Part shown: positions 1 through 9,921 of the stretch, one piece after another | How the letters are laid out: each line of letters starts with the position of its first letter | How positions within the stretch are numbered: position 1 is the first letter of the stretch | NCBI GenBank assembly: GCA_964553075.1 | Contig: CAZKJP010000001.1 | Span: forward strand, 6,339 to 70,338 | Origin: an uncultured Sangeribacter sp. | GTDB taxonomy: Bacteria > Bacteroidota > Bacteroidia > Bacteroidales > Muribaculaceae | Length of the DNA stretch: 64,000 bases | Direction of reading: 5' to 3' | Translations under genes and position numbers: made by a program | The notes under the pieces: generated by a model | The model's input: the letters and a program-made list of their open reading frames with translations, nothing else | Databases searched by the model: none | Told to the model about the DNA's origin: nothing

Positions 1-396
1 GAACATATTCAGCCTAACCAATTGGCACCCCAGATCGATATAGACGCGGTTATAGAATTTGCGGATATCACTCCCGAGTTCGTGAATTATCTTAAAAAAT
101 TCAATCCCTTCGGACCCGGTAATCAGAAGCCTATTTTTTGTACCCGCAATGTATTCGATTTTGGAACCAGTAAATTGGTCGGTAAAAACTTAGAGCATAT
201 AAAACTCGAATTAGAGGATGATTCGACTTCACGTGTATTGAATGCAATTGCATTCAACATGGCCCCCTATTTCGAGCATATACATGCCCATAAACCCATT
301 GATATCGTTTATACAATCGAGGTCTCCAAACAGGGTCATAATCCAAATGCAATTCAGTTGATGATTATAGACATGCGTCTTTCCAAGAATTCATGA
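1..396 (+). CDS. recJ: ssDNA exonuclease RecJ, C-terminal part (5'-truncated by window edge)
   Basis: Frame open from base 1. The 'PFGPGNQKPIF' motif and the C-terminal OB-fold segment are typical of RecJ. Directly upstream of a RecQ gene. Confidence 0.85.
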   Translation, partial: EHIQPNQLAPQIDIDAVIEFADITPEFVNYLKKFNPFGPGNQKPIFCTRNVFDFGTSKLVGKNLEHIKLELEDDSTSRVLNAIAFNMAPYFEHIHAHKPIDIVYTIEVSKQGHNPNAIQLMIIDMRLSKNS

Positions 397-2309
397 CACC
401 CTTAGAGACCCTTCGCCAATATTGGGGTTACGATGCTTTCCGTCCTCTTCAGGAAGAGATAATAAATGCTGTTCTTTCAGGTGAGGATGTATTGGGTCTG
501 ATGCCAACCGGAGGTGGAAAATCCATTACTTTTCAAGTGCCTGGGTTAGTATTAGGTGGACTGACCATCGTCATAACCCCTCTTATTTCCTTGATGAAAG
601 ACCAGGTAGACAACTTGCGCCGTCATGGCATACAAGCCGTTTACCTTTACTCCGGTATGGCTGTATCTGAAAGGAGGATAGCCTGGGAAAGGTTGATTAA
701 TGGCAAGGCGAAGTTCCTATATATATCACCAGAGAGACTCGCTTCAAAAAGCTTTATAGCTGAAGTCCGGGGATTGAAGCCCACTCTTCTTGTAGTGGAT
801 GAGGCACATTGCATATCCCAATGGGGCTATGATTTCCGACCCTCTTATCTGAATATAAAAAAATTAAGGAAACTGTGTCCTGACGTCCCGATGATGGCTC
901 TTACCGCGACCGCTACCCCACAGGTCGCGGAAGATGTAATGCGCAATCTGGAGTTTAAGGCTCCGAGATTGCTTCAAATGAGTTTTCAACGCCCTAATAT
1001 CTCATATTTGGTCAGACGAGTCAGCGATAAACAGGGGAAATTGCTCCAAATCCTTAAGTCAACCCAGGGATCTACTATAGTTTATTGCCGCAGCCGCAAA
1101 AAATGCCGTGAGATATCGATGTTCATTGAGTCTATGGGTATCTCGGCTACCTTCTATCATGCCGGGATGAGCCATGAAAATAAAGATGAGCATCAGAATC
1201 TTTGGATGCGTGGGGAAAAGCGAGTAATGGTAGCTACCAATGCCTTCGGTATGGGAATCGATAAGCCGGATGTAAGGGTTGTTGTCCATTATGATCTCCC
1301 ACCCTCTCTTGAGGAATACTATCAGGAAGCAGGGAGGGCAGGCCGAGATGGGAATCCTTCCTATGCTGTTTTAATAGTCTCCGATCCCGACACTGCCACT
1401 CTCAGAAGAAGGATTTCCCAGGCATTCCCTTCGCGTGAGAATATTAGGAGAATTTATGATCTCGTCTGTAATTTTATCCACGTCGCACTCGAAGAAGGAT
1501 ATGAAAAGGTTGCTGAGTTCGATATGGATAAATTCCTTGAAACCTTTCATCTTCAAGAGATTCAGGTAAGATCGGCCTTAAGGCTTTTAGGTCAGGCAGG
1601 ATACCTTGAGTTTATAGAAGAACGGGAAAGCAATTCCCGTGTATATATAACTTCGGAACGGGAGGAGCTGTATCATTTACGACAGGTGTCCCACACAGCC
1701 GAACGAGTTCTTCAGCAAATGCTGAGAATATATCCCGGTTTATTTTCAGATTATGTGTATATCCGTGAATCAACTATTGCAAGGGAAGCCGGACTTACAG
1801 ATCAGGAAGTATATGATTCGCTCTTGACCCTTTCTAAGATGAAGGTGCTCTCCTATGTTCCCAAGAGACGCACCCCCTATATATATGTGCCTACCGCGAG
1901 GGAAGACAGTCGATATATAGAAATAGGGAAAAGGATTTACGAGGATCGGATTGCGGCTATGAAAACAAGGGTGGAGGCTATAATTGAGTATGTAGAAAGG
2001 GATTCCGGCTGCCGAGTTGTGAGGATGCTAAGGTATTTTGGTGAAAAGGAAGAGCAGGAATGTGGGCAATGCGATGTTTGCAGAAAGAAAAAGAGAAGTG
2101 GAGCCCCTCAATTGAAAAATGAGGATCGACAGGATCTTTACAAAAAGATCTTAGAACTTTGTACCCTCTCTCCATTGGGAATCAGCTATGCCCAGTTAGA
2201 GACTAAATTCGGGTCCTTGGGCAATAAGGCCACTTCTGCAGTCAGGGAAATGCTTTCAGAAGGGATACTTAGGATAGATCCGTCTTCCGGGCGCCTTTTC
2301 GGCGCATGA
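393..2309 (+). CDS. recQ: RecQ family ATP-dependent DNA helicase
   Basis: MPTGGGKS, DEAHCISQWG, ATNAFGMGIDK, QEAGRAGRDG and a Zn-binding C..CGQCDVC. ATGA overlap with recJ. Confidence 0.93.
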   Translation: MTPLETLRQYWGYDAFRPLQEEIINAVLSGEDVLGLMPTGGGKSITFQVPGLVLGGLTIVITPLISLMKDQVDNLRRHGIQAVYLYSGMAVSERRIAWERLINGKAKFLYISPERLASKSFIAEVRGLKPTLLVVDEAHCISQWGYDFRPSYLNIKKLRKLCPDVPMMALTATATPQVAEDVMRNLEFKAPRLLQMSFQRPNISYLVRRVSDKQGKLLQILKSTQGSTIVYCRSRKKCREISMFIESMGISATFYHAGMSHENKDEHQNLWMRGEKRVMVATNAFGMGIDKPDVRVVVHYDLPPSLEEYYQEAGRAGRDGNPSYAVLIVSDPDTATLRRRISQAFPSRENIRRIYDLVCNFIHVALEEGYEKVAEFDMDKFLETFHLQEIQVRSALRLLGQAGYLEFIEERESNSRVYITSEREELYHLRQVSHTAERVLQQMLRIYPGLFSDYVYIRESTIAREAGLTDQEVYDSLLTLSKMKVLSYVPKRRTPYIYVPTAREDSRYIEIGKRIYEDRIAAMKTRVEAIIEYVERDSGCRVVRMLRYFGEKEEQECGQCDVCRKKKRSGAPQLKNEDRQDLYKKILELCTLSPLGISYAQLETKFGSLGNKATSAVREMLSEGILRIDPSSGRLFGA

Positions 2310-3534
2310 GAAACAGTGGCCTCAGATAAGATAGAAAGACCAGAAAAGCCAGCCATCCGATAAACGTCGAAGTCGTAACTATCAGGACATCCTTGTCATC
2401 TCTTTGATAATCCCTAATCCAGTTTTTAGTAACATTCTCTAACGGCAATGAGCGGAGAGTGGATTTCCACATTATCTTTCCATCATTGATCAGCACTACC
2501 GCAGGATTACCTCTTGCTATCATCTTGATGACAGTGTCCTCACCTTTGTAAATATCTACTGAAGTATTAAGCAAATCCTTCCAGATCTCAGCGAGATCGT
2601 CTGAAGCCGCGACAATAAACGCGAAATTTATTCCTTCCTCTGAAGCTTCGTCGGCCAAGGTCTCTATTTTCCAGGCATCAGATTTAGATACCCTTTCCAA
2701 TTCGGGGGCTAAAACTAACAGTATCTCCTCGCCGGGTATAAGATCATAGGTAACATCCTCTTCCTCTTCTCCTAAAGTGTAGATAGAGAATTCAGTAGCC
2801 TTTGGCTGGTTGGCAATGAATTTAATATTATTGTTTTGTATTCTTTTTGTAAATTTCCATCCTTCCTCCTCTGAAGGGATCGGATCTCCGGCCTTGATTT
2901 CGATCTTCTCATCCCCTCGGGTATATACAAATGTCAGTTCCTCAGCTTCATCGTTATTATCATCTTCCGCCAATACAGAGGTCCCTATAGGGAAAGGCCT
3001 GAAATCTACGAGAGGTTGCACTTCGTAACCGTATAACGAAATGATTACTATATAAGCCCCACTACCTAAAAACGCCATCCATTGGAGGTAGGGTGTTATC
3101 AGGCAATTTCCCTCTTTATTGAATTTAACGAGCCAGAATACTCCGGCGAGAATGAATATATTCTTGATAAATGTTGCGGAATTAGAAAGGACCAACGAGT
3201 CTCCGAAACAACCGCAATCAGATACCGGATCGGCTATAAGGATCCATCCGGTCAGTAATAGCATCAGGACCATGAAAATCAATGCCAATAGAGGTGCGCT
3301 CTTGCGATAGCAACCTAATATTAAGAACACCCCAATTAGAAATTCAAAGCTGCATAGAGCTATTACTCCGGTCAGTAAGACTGAATCAGGAATCCACATG
3401 TTTAGGGCAGCGAAATATTCCCTGAATTTATAAAGGGTTCCAAAAGGATCGATTCCCTTGGTTATTCCTGAATAGATAAAAATGCTACCTATGGCTAATC
3501 TCATCAGCCATATCATCAGTCCTTGACCTTTCAT
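2269..3534 (-). CDS. DoxX/MauE-domain membrane protein (BT_3928 family)
   Basis: N-terminal TM helices with DCGCFGD, then a soluble domain with RGNP. Usual Bacteroidales neighbour of DUF1599. Confidence 0.8.
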   Translation of the reverse strand: MKGQGLMIWLMRLAIGSIFIYSGITKGIDPFGTLYKFREYFAALNMWIPDSVLLTGVIALCSFEFLIGVFLILGCYRKSAPLLALIFMVLMLLLTGWILIADPVSDCGCFGDSLVLSNSATFIKNIFILAGVFWLVKFNKEGNCLITPYLQWMAFLGSGAYIVIISLYGYEVQPLVDFRPFPIGTSVLAEDDNNDEAEELTFVYTRGDEKIEIKAGDPIPSEEEGWKFTKRIQNNNIKFIANQPKATEFSIYTLGEEEEDVTYDLIPGEEILLVLAPELERVSKSDAWKIETLADEASEEGINFAFIVAASDDLAEIWKDLLNTSVDIYKGEDTVIKMIARGNPAVVLINDGKIMWKSTLRSLPLENVTKNWIRDYQRDDKDVLIVTTSTFIGWLAFLVFLSYLRPLFLMRRKGARKTDLS

Positions 3535-3539
3535 TATGT

Positions 3540-4157
3540 TTATACCTCGGCTTCCGGTTCTTTACCTTCCAACTTTATCAATGCGAACAAGGCATAGTTT
3601 ATCATGTCCATATAATTGGCGTCTACCCCTTCGCTGACCAATGTATGACCGTGATGATTCTCGATTTCCTTAGTACGAAGTAATTTCTGCAGGATGATAT
3701 CGGTGAAACTGGAAACCCTCATATCCCTCCATACTTCATCATAATCATGATTCTTATTCAACATCAAAGAAGTAGCCTCACCAATAGCTTGGTCATAGAG
3801 CGCCATAACTTTGCCGTGTTCCATTGTATTCTCAGTCAAGGACTGAGAGACTCCTAATTTCAATTGAATAATGGCAATGACACCATAATTCACAATTCCG
3901 ATAAATTCCGGGACTATTCCCTCATCAATAGCTCCTTGGCCACCTTTTTCTTCAAGTGAACGGATACGGCGCGCCTTGATCATAATCTGATCCGTGAGGC
4001 TTTCCGGGCGCATTATCCTCCAGGAAACGCCATAATCGCTTAATTTTTTTTCAAATAAAGAACGGCAAGTTTCAATGGCTTGTCCGAATTCCCTCTTTGT
4101 CCGCTCAAGGGATGAACCAGAATTTTTTCCTTCTTTGGATAAGTTGGATTCCTGCAT
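3540..4157 (-). CDS. DUF1599 domain protein
   Basis: Duplicated KxxDY..W/SxTD motif (KLSDYGVSW...SLTDQI; KNHDYDEVW...SFTDII). Confidence 0.85.
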   Translation of the reverse strand: MQESNLSKEGKNSGSSLERTKREFGQAIETCRSLFEKKLSDYGVSWRIMRPESLTDQIMIKARRIRSLEEKGGQGAIDEGIVPEFIGIVNYGVIAIIQLKLGVSQSLTENTMEHGKVMALYDQAIGEATSLMLNKNHDYDEVWRDMRVSSFTDIILQKLLRTKEIENHHGHTLVSEGVDANYMDMINYALFALIKLEGKEPEAEV

Positions 4158-4185
4158 TGTTGAATCGGTATTTCGTTTAAGGAAC

Positions 4186-4227
4186 TTAGACCCCAGTGTC
4201 TCTTAAATTTTATGAGACGGGGTCATA
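4186..4227. repeat. 42-bp bulged palindromic repeat, near-consensus copy
   Basis: TTAGACCCCAGTGTCTCTTAAATTTTATGAGACGGGGTCATA. Arms GACCCC/GGGGTC and GTCTC/GAGAC with an AGT bulge. Matches copies at 13034, 21105, 22141 and 52119. Confidence 0.92.
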
Positions 4228-4297
4228 GTGTTCGCTTTTCTATGCGAATATACAAAATAATCTTGATTCATATATCGTATTATTCTGATAAATTCAT

Positions 4298-4305
4298 TAT
4301 TTTTG
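4298..4305 (+). promoter_or_regulatory. Bacteroidetes sigma-A -7 element for the aguA operon
   Basis: TATTTTTG matches TAnnTTTG, 96 bp upstream of aguA in a divergent intergenic region. Confidence 0.6.
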
Positions 4306-4310
4306 TAGTC

Positions 4311-4346
4311 TATACCCAGTCTCCTAATTTAATGAGCCGGGGTATC
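4311..4346. repeat. Degenerate copy of the palindromic repeat
   Basis: TATACCCAGTCTCCTAATTTAATGAGCCGGGGTATC keeps the ACCC-AGT, GTCTC, ATGAG.CGGGGT pattern. Confidence 0.65.
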
Positions 4347-4400
4347 AATAGGAAGTGGGAGCAGATTATAAGGGAAGGGAGCTTAGGAATGACGTGAAAA

Positions 4401-5435
4401 ATGACAAGAGCCATTAGATTTCTCCCGGAATGGGAAAAGACTGAATACATATTGCTGGCACTCCCGGCGGAGGATACCGACTGGGGGTATATACTGCCAC
4501 AAGCGTTGGAACAGTATCGAAAATTAATTGAGGCCTTCATTGAGAACGGTCAGAAAATTTTGGTACTTTGCCGTAAAAAAGAGGATGTCCTCAATCTTGT
4601 AGGCTCTCACCCCGAACTCGTTTTCCCTATTGAAATTGAATACAATGACACATGGACAAGGGATTACGGTCCGATTACTGTGATCAGACATGACCGAAAA
4701 CGTGCTTTGGATTTCGGTTTCAATGGCTGGGGACTGAAGTTTGCCTCAGATAAGGACAATCTGGTAAATTTGAACCTGGATAAAATGAAGATTTTATCAG
4801 AAGGAGCCTATAAAAACCAGAGAGATTTCGAATTAGAGGGTGGTAGTATTGAGACGGATGGTAAAGGGACATTGCTTACCACCACACGCTGTCTCACTTC
4901 CCCAAATAGGAATGGTGGGAAGACAAAAAACGAGCTATATGCCATATTAAGTGAAAGATTAGGAGTAGACCATATTCTTTGGCTTGATTATGGAGCTTTA
5001 GAAGGGGACGATACCGATTCGCATATCGATACTTTAGCACGTCTTGCACCCAATGATACTATTCTATTCGTTGGATGCCGAAATGTAGATGATGCCCATT
5101 TTGAGGAATTATTGCGCATGAGGGCCCAATTATCGATGTTCAGGAACCCAGAAGGCCTTCCCTATAATCTTCTGGAACTGCCGATGCCGGACCCGATATA
5201 CGATGAAGATGGACAAAGATTACCGGCCACTTATGCGAATTATTTAGTGGCAAACAACGTAATCTATATGCCGGTTTACGGGCAAGAAGCTAATGACCGG
5301 CTTGCTTGCCAGACGGTTAGGGTAGCTTATCCGAATCATAAGGTAGTGGCAGTAGATTGCAATGTTTTAATTCTCCAGCACGGATCATTGCATTGCGCGA
5401 CCATGCAAATTCCTCCGGGTATAATCAGCTTCTGA
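4401..5435 (+). CDS. aguA: Agmatine deiminase (PPAD family)
   Basis: WTRDYGP, LEGGSIETDG, DDTDSHID and C-terminal GSLHCATMQ (catalytic Cys). Confidence 0.92.
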   Translation: MTRAIRFLPEWEKTEYILLALPAEDTDWGYILPQALEQYRKLIEAFIENGQKILVLCRKKEDVLNLVGSHPELVFPIEIEYNDTWTRDYGPITVIRHDRKRALDFGFNGWGLKFASDKDNLVNLNLDKMKILSEGAYKNQRDFELEGGSIETDGKGTLLTTTRCLTSPNRNGGKTKNELYAILSERLGVDHILWLDYGALEGDDTDSHIDTLARLAPNDTILFVGCRNVDDAHFEELLRMRAQLSMFRNPEGLPYNLLELPMPDPIYDEDGQRLPATYANYLVANNVIYMPVYGQEANDRLACQTVRVAYPNHKVVAVDCNVLILQHGSLHCATMQIPPGIISF

Positions 5436-5507
5436 ATTTTATTTAATCTCTTCTAAAATGAAAGGGACTTTTTCATTTGAAGTGAGCATAATTTGAAATT
5501 TTTAAAT

Positions 5508-6389
5508 ATGAGAGATATAAAGATAGGAACGGTTCAGAGATCATTCTGTAGTGACCCTGAGACCAATCGGGGGCGCAATCTGGCTTCCATATCTAATTTG
5601 GCCTCAGAGGGTGCCCAATTGATTGTGTTGTCTGAATTACACGATTCCCTCTATTTCTGCCAGACTGAAGAGGTAGATAATTTTGATCTGGCTACATCAT
5701 TAGATGAGTTTTTAGATGTTTACGGAAGCGCAGCGGCTGAGAACGGAGTAGTCTTAGTTTGCTCCCTCTTCGAGCGTCGTGCGCCGGGTCTTTATCATAA
5801 CACTGCTGTGGTCATTGATGCTGACGGTCGTCTTGCCGGCACCTATCGAAAGATGCACATTCCGGATGATCCTGGTTTCTATGAGAAGTTCTATTTTACT
5901 CCGGGTGATTTAGGATTTCATCCTATTCAGACCTCATTAGGTAAATTAGGAGTATTGGTATGCTGGGATCAATGGTATCCGGAGGCGGCTCGTCTTATGG
6001 CCATGCAAGGTGCGGAACTTCTGATTTATCCTACAGCCATAGGATGGAATCCTGATGACAGCGAAGAGGAAAAAGGAAGACAAAAAGAGGCCTGGGTTAC
6101 GGTTCAGCGTGGACATGCGGTTGCAAACGGTATTCCGGTGGTAACTGTAAACAGAGTCGGTTTTGAAGCCGACCCATCTGAACATACGTCGGGGATCGAC
6201 TTTTGGGGTTCCAGTTTTATAGCAGGTCCGCAAGGGGAGTTTCTTTATCTCGCCCCAGATGACCAGGCAGCCGAAGCAGTCACGGAGGTATCTTTGGATC
6301 GTTCTGAGGAGGTTCGTCGGTGGTGGCCTTTCCTTAGGGATCGTAGAATAGATGCTTATGGGGATATTACCCGCAGGTTTATTGACTGA
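5508..6389 (+). CDS. aguB: N-carbamoylputrescine amidase (carbon-nitrogen hydrolase)
   Basis: Nitrilase E-K-C triad: YRKMHIPDDPGFYEKFYF and VCWDQWYPE. Follows aguA. ATG at 5508 chosen over TTG at 5493. Confidence 0.9.
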   Translation: MRDIKIGTVQRSFCSDPETNRGRNLASISNLASEGAQLIVLSELHDSLYFCQTEEVDNFDLATSLDEFLDVYGSAAAENGVVLVCSLFERRAPGLYHNTAVVIDADGRLAGTYRKMHIPDDPGFYEKFYFTPGDLGFHPIQTSLGKLGVLVCWDQWYPEAARLMAMQGAELLIYPTAIGWNPDDSEEEKGRQKEAWVTVQRGHAVANGIPVVTVNRVGFEADPSEHTSGIDFWGSSFIAGPQGEFLYLAPDDQAAEAVTEVSLDRSEEVRRWWPFLRDRRIDAYGDITRRFID

Positions 6390-6428
6390 TTTCCACTTTA
6401 TCTGTAAAATGTAAACAAAAAATTCGGT

Positions 6429-7358
6429 ATGGAATCTCCCAATCATGAATACGAATACCGTGGTATGATAATCAACGGTTTCGCGATGATTTTTTTCACC
6501 TTTATCTTAGTGCCGGCACTCATGATAATGGATTTCATCTCCTTTTTCGAGTATTCGCCTGTATTATGCACTATTGTCGGTCTGATACTATTTGCCATAT
6601 TTGTACTGGGCTGCGTCGGATACTTTCAGCAGCAACCGAACGTAGCACGGGTTATGATTTTCTTCGGCAAATATAAAGGCACCTGCCGTCAAAATGGTTT
6701 TTTCTGGGCAAATCCTTTCATGGAGCGAAAAAAATTGTCTCTCCGTATCCGCAATATGGATGTCGAGCCTATTAAAGTTAATGACAAAGTCGGCAATCCG
6801 GTTTTGATCGGAATGGTTTTGGTGTGGAAAATAAAGGACACGTATCGTGTAGTCTTTGATTTGGATTCCCAGTCGCTTGGGGCATCGGGAAGCATCAATA
6901 ATATGGCCTTGGATCACTTTGTCAGGGTCCAGAGTGATGCTGCTTTGAGGGAAGTGACAAGCCAGTTTGCCTATGATCAGACAGAGGCTCATAAAGAAGA
7001 GCTTACTTTGAGGGACGGAGGTGAAGAGATCAATGACCTTTTGGAGAGAAAGCTGAATGACCGTTTGGCTATGGCAGGAATAGAGGTCGTGGAGGCCAGG
7101 TTGAATTATTTAGCTTATGCTCCTGAGATTGCTGCGGTGATGTTGCGTAGGCAGCAGGCTGAAGCCATTATAACAGCTCGCGAGAAAATAGTTGAGGGGG
7201 CAGTCTCAATGGTCGAGATGGCCTTGGATCGTCTTGAACATAGTAATGTAGTGAAGTTGGATGATGACAGGAAGGCTTCAATGGTCAGCAATCTGCTGGT
7301 GGTATTATGTGCCGATGAACCGGTAACACCTATGTTGAACACCACTCAAAATGCATGA
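6429..7358 (+). CDS. SPFH/band 7 domain membrane protein
   Basis: Two N-terminal TM helices and LAYAPEIAAVMLRRQQA...IVEGAVSMV. Confidence 0.9.
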   Translation: MESPNHEYEYRGMIINGFAMIFFTFILVPALMIMDFISFFEYSPVLCTIVGLILFAIFVLGCVGYFQQQPNVARVMIFFGKYKGTCRQNGFFWANPFMERKKLSLRIRNMDVEPIKVNDKVGNPVLIGMVLVWKIKDTYRVVFDLDSQSLGASGSINNMALDHFVRVQSDAALREVTSQFAYDQTEAHKEELTLRDGGEEINDLLERKLNDRLAMAGIEVVEARLNYLAYAPEIAAVMLRRQQAEAIITAREKIVEGAVSMVEMALDRLEHSNVVKLDDDRKASMVSNLLVVLCADEPVTPMLNTTQNA

Positions 7359-7428
7359 TTTTCCTTTTCCTTTAAACCTTCTCTGAAAATTGGCTGATAG
7401 GGACAGTGTAAGAAACTTAAGATAACTG

Positions 7429-8187
7429 ATGAAAATAGAACTTAAAGGATGTACCCTCAATTATACCGATTCCGGTGAGAAAGATTTACCGGTCATCATC
7501 CTGATGCACGGTTATGGGTGCAATATCTCTACCCTCGCCTCCATTGAGAATATTTTCAAGGGGAAGATGAGGACAATCAACATTGATCTCCCGGGACATG
7601 GCGAGAGCTCTGATCCTCCTTTCGTATGGGGAGTAGGTGAATACACAGAAATGTTGGAGGAGCTTGTCAGGAAATTGGATCTTAAATCCCCTTCCCTTCT
7701 GGGACATAGTTTCGGGGGAAGGATTGCCATTCTATATTCATCAAGGAACGAAGTCGATAAACTGGTCTTAGTAGATGCTGCCGGAATAAAGCCCAAACGT
7801 CCCCTCTCTTATTATTATAAGGTGTATTCATATAAGCTGGCTAAAAAGATCCTTCCTTACATCTCCGGAAAAGCTGGAGAAGAATGGATGAGAAGACGTA
7901 GGGAAAAGTCCGGTTCCCAGGATTATCTTAATTCTTCTCCTGTAATGCGAGGAGTGATGAGCAAATGTATAAATCAGGATCTAAAGAAGTATATGCCTTT
8001 AATTAAAGCACCGACACTTCTTATCTGGGGCGAGAAAGATACGGCCACACCTTTGTCTGATGCTAAGACTATGGAAAAGCTCATACCGGATGCGGGGTTA
8101 GTTTCCTTCCCCGGATGTGGACATTATTCGTTTTTGGATAACCCTATCGGATTCCGAGCCGTAATCAACTCGTTTTTTAAGCTTTAA
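7429..8187 (+). CDS. Alpha/beta hydrolase
   Basis: HGYG oxyanion loop, GHSFGG nucleophile elbow, WGEKD (Asp) and GH (His). Confidence 0.9.
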   Translation: MKIELKGCTLNYTDSGEKDLPVIILMHGYGCNISTLASIENIFKGKMRTINIDLPGHGESSDPPFVWGVGEYTEMLEELVRKLDLKSPSLLGHSFGGRIAILYSSRNEVDKLVLVDAAGIKPKRPLSYYYKVYSYKLAKKILPYISGKAGEEWMRRRREKSGSQDYLNSSPVMRGVMSKCINQDLKKYMPLIKAPTLLIWGEKDTATPLSDAKTMEKLIPDAGLVSFPGCGHYSFLDNPIGFRAVINSFFKL

Positions 8188-8243
8188 TAAACAGTTATTC
8201 AAAAGCTAATTTTAATAGATTTTCGGATTAATTCCTATACACC

Positions 8244-9845
8244 ATGACAGTTTATTTGGTAGTAATATATGTAATTTGCGCAGTGTACATGCTTCTGAAT
8301 TTCAAGCATGACATCCACATGTTGCAGCAGAACTCTTACAGGCTTGCGCGATATTGGAGGTATCTATCTAAAGGTGATCGTATGAACGCTTGGCGCCTGA
8401 TAGATATTGCCCTTCTATTACTTCTATTTTCTACTTTATTGATGCCCAGGTTGAATGAGCTCATAATAGCAATCGTATGCCTTGGCAAAATATGGATCAT
8501 AACCCACAGGAAATTCAAGAAACCTCTCGTATTCACTAAACGTGTCTGGAGAATATATGGACTGACAGGTTTCCTCTCCGTAGGAGCAGTAGTTGCTGAG
8601 GCAATTTGTTTCGGTGGAAGGGAAAACGTAGTTTGGGAATATTCGGGACCGGCACTGACTCTGGGAACAATTTTGCTGATTTCCGCTTTTTCATGGGCTT
8701 TAGTAATGCTGGCTGTCTTCTTGCTGATTCCTGTAGAAAAGTCTATTAATAAGAAATATTATAATGAGGCAGCTTCTATTTTACGTTCGATGCCTGATTT
8801 GAAAGTCATAGGCATTACCGGAAGCTATGGGAAGACCTCAACTAAGCATTATCTTAACCGCATCCTGTCCGAGGAATTTGATGTACTTATGACCCCGGGA
8901 AGTTATAATACGACTATGGGAGTCATACGGACAGTAAGAGAATATATGAAACCCTATAATCAGGTCTTCATATGTGAAATGGGAGCCAAACAACCGGGAG
9001 ACGTTAAGGAGATTTGCCAATTGGTACACCCTATCGCCGGAATAGTTACGGCTGTTGGCCCGATGCATCTCGAGACCTTCAAATCTCTTGAGAATGTACA
9101 GAGAACCAAGTTTGAACTCATCGACTCTCTTCCTTCGGGTGGATTAGCGGTAGTCAACAATGACTTTGAATACTGTGCAAACAGAGAGGTTGGGAATGTG
9201 AAGTGTGAACGTTACGCCGTTACTGAGACTATAGGAGCTGATTATAAAGCCATAGATATCGAATATGGACCTGAAGGAACGGATTTCGTAATTCAGTGTC
9301 CGGATGAGAGGAAAATCCCCCTACGCACTCGCTTAGTAGGAGAATGTAATATCTCCAACCTTATGGCAGCTGTAATCATTGCCCTTTGGTTAGGAGTGAG
9401 CGAAGAAAAAATCCGATATGCTGTAGCCTCTATAGAGCAGGTTGAACATCGTCTGAATGTCAAGCACACTGCCGGTGGCATTACCATAATTGATGATGCA
9501 TTCAACTCCAACCCAAGTGGTTCTAAAATGGCAGTGGATGTCCTTTCGGGATTTAAGACCGGCAGACGCATCATAGTGACTCCGGGCATGATTGAGTTAG
9601 GAGATAAGCAATTTGAATTAAACAAAGAATTGGGCAAATATATGGGAGGAAAGGTGGATCTGGCAATAATAGTAGGCGAATACAATCGGGATGCCCTGAC
9701 TTCAGGTTTACGGGAAATGGAAATTCCTGAAGAGCAGATCAAGGTAGTAGATAGTTTCGCTGAGAGTCAGATATTCCTCTCCGGATTCCTAAAACCCGGA
9801 GATATCGTTCTCTATGAAAATGATTTACCAGATTCTTTTAAGTAA
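8244..9845 (+). CDS. murF: UDP-MurNAc-tripeptide:D-Ala-D-Ala ligase (MurF) with N-terminal membrane domain
   Basis: ITGSYGKTSTK P-loop, EMGA, DDAFNSNP, TPGMIELG and terminal ENDLPD. About 165 hydrophobic N-terminal residues. Confidence 0.85.
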   Translation: MTVYLVVIYVICAVYMLLNFKHDIHMLQQNSYRLARYWRYLSKGDRMNAWRLIDIALLLLLFSTLLMPRLNELIIAIVCLGKIWIITHRKFKKPLVFTKRVWRIYGLTGFLSVGAVVAEAICFGGRENVVWEYSGPALTLGTILLISAFSWALVMLAVFLLIPVEKSINKKYYNEAASILRSMPDLKVIGITGSYGKTSTKHYLNRILSEEFDVLMTPGSYNTTMGVIRTVREYMKPYNQVFICEMGAKQPGDVKEICQLVHPIAGIVTAVGPMHLETFKSLENVQRTKFELIDSLPSGGLAVVNNDFEYCANREVGNVKCERYAVTETIGADYKAIDIEYGPEGTDFVIQCPDERKIPLRTRLVGECNISNLMAAVIIALWLGVSEEKIRYAVASIEQVEHRLNVKHTAGGITIIDDAFNSNPSGSKMAVDVLSGFKTGRRIIVTPGMIELGDKQFELNKELGKYMGGKVDLAIIVGEYNRDALTSGLREMEIPEEQIKVVDSFAESQIFLSGFLKPGDIVLYENDLPDSFK

Positions 9846-9921
9846 GAACCTATTTCCTAATAATAGTCTATTCGGCATCTAAACCAAAATCACTTTTTCA
9901 TGTCTATATAGATAAAGGATA

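Noticed and set aside
2269-2309. 41-bp convergent overlap of recQ and the DoxX-like gene
   Set aside because: Short tail-to-tail overlaps are common in compact genomes, and both termini are non-conserved tails.
4212-4397. Small ORFs starting inside repeat copies (4212..4397; also 13070..13321)
   Set aside because: The ATG comes from the repeat. The ORFs cross promoters or terminators and have no protein-like features.
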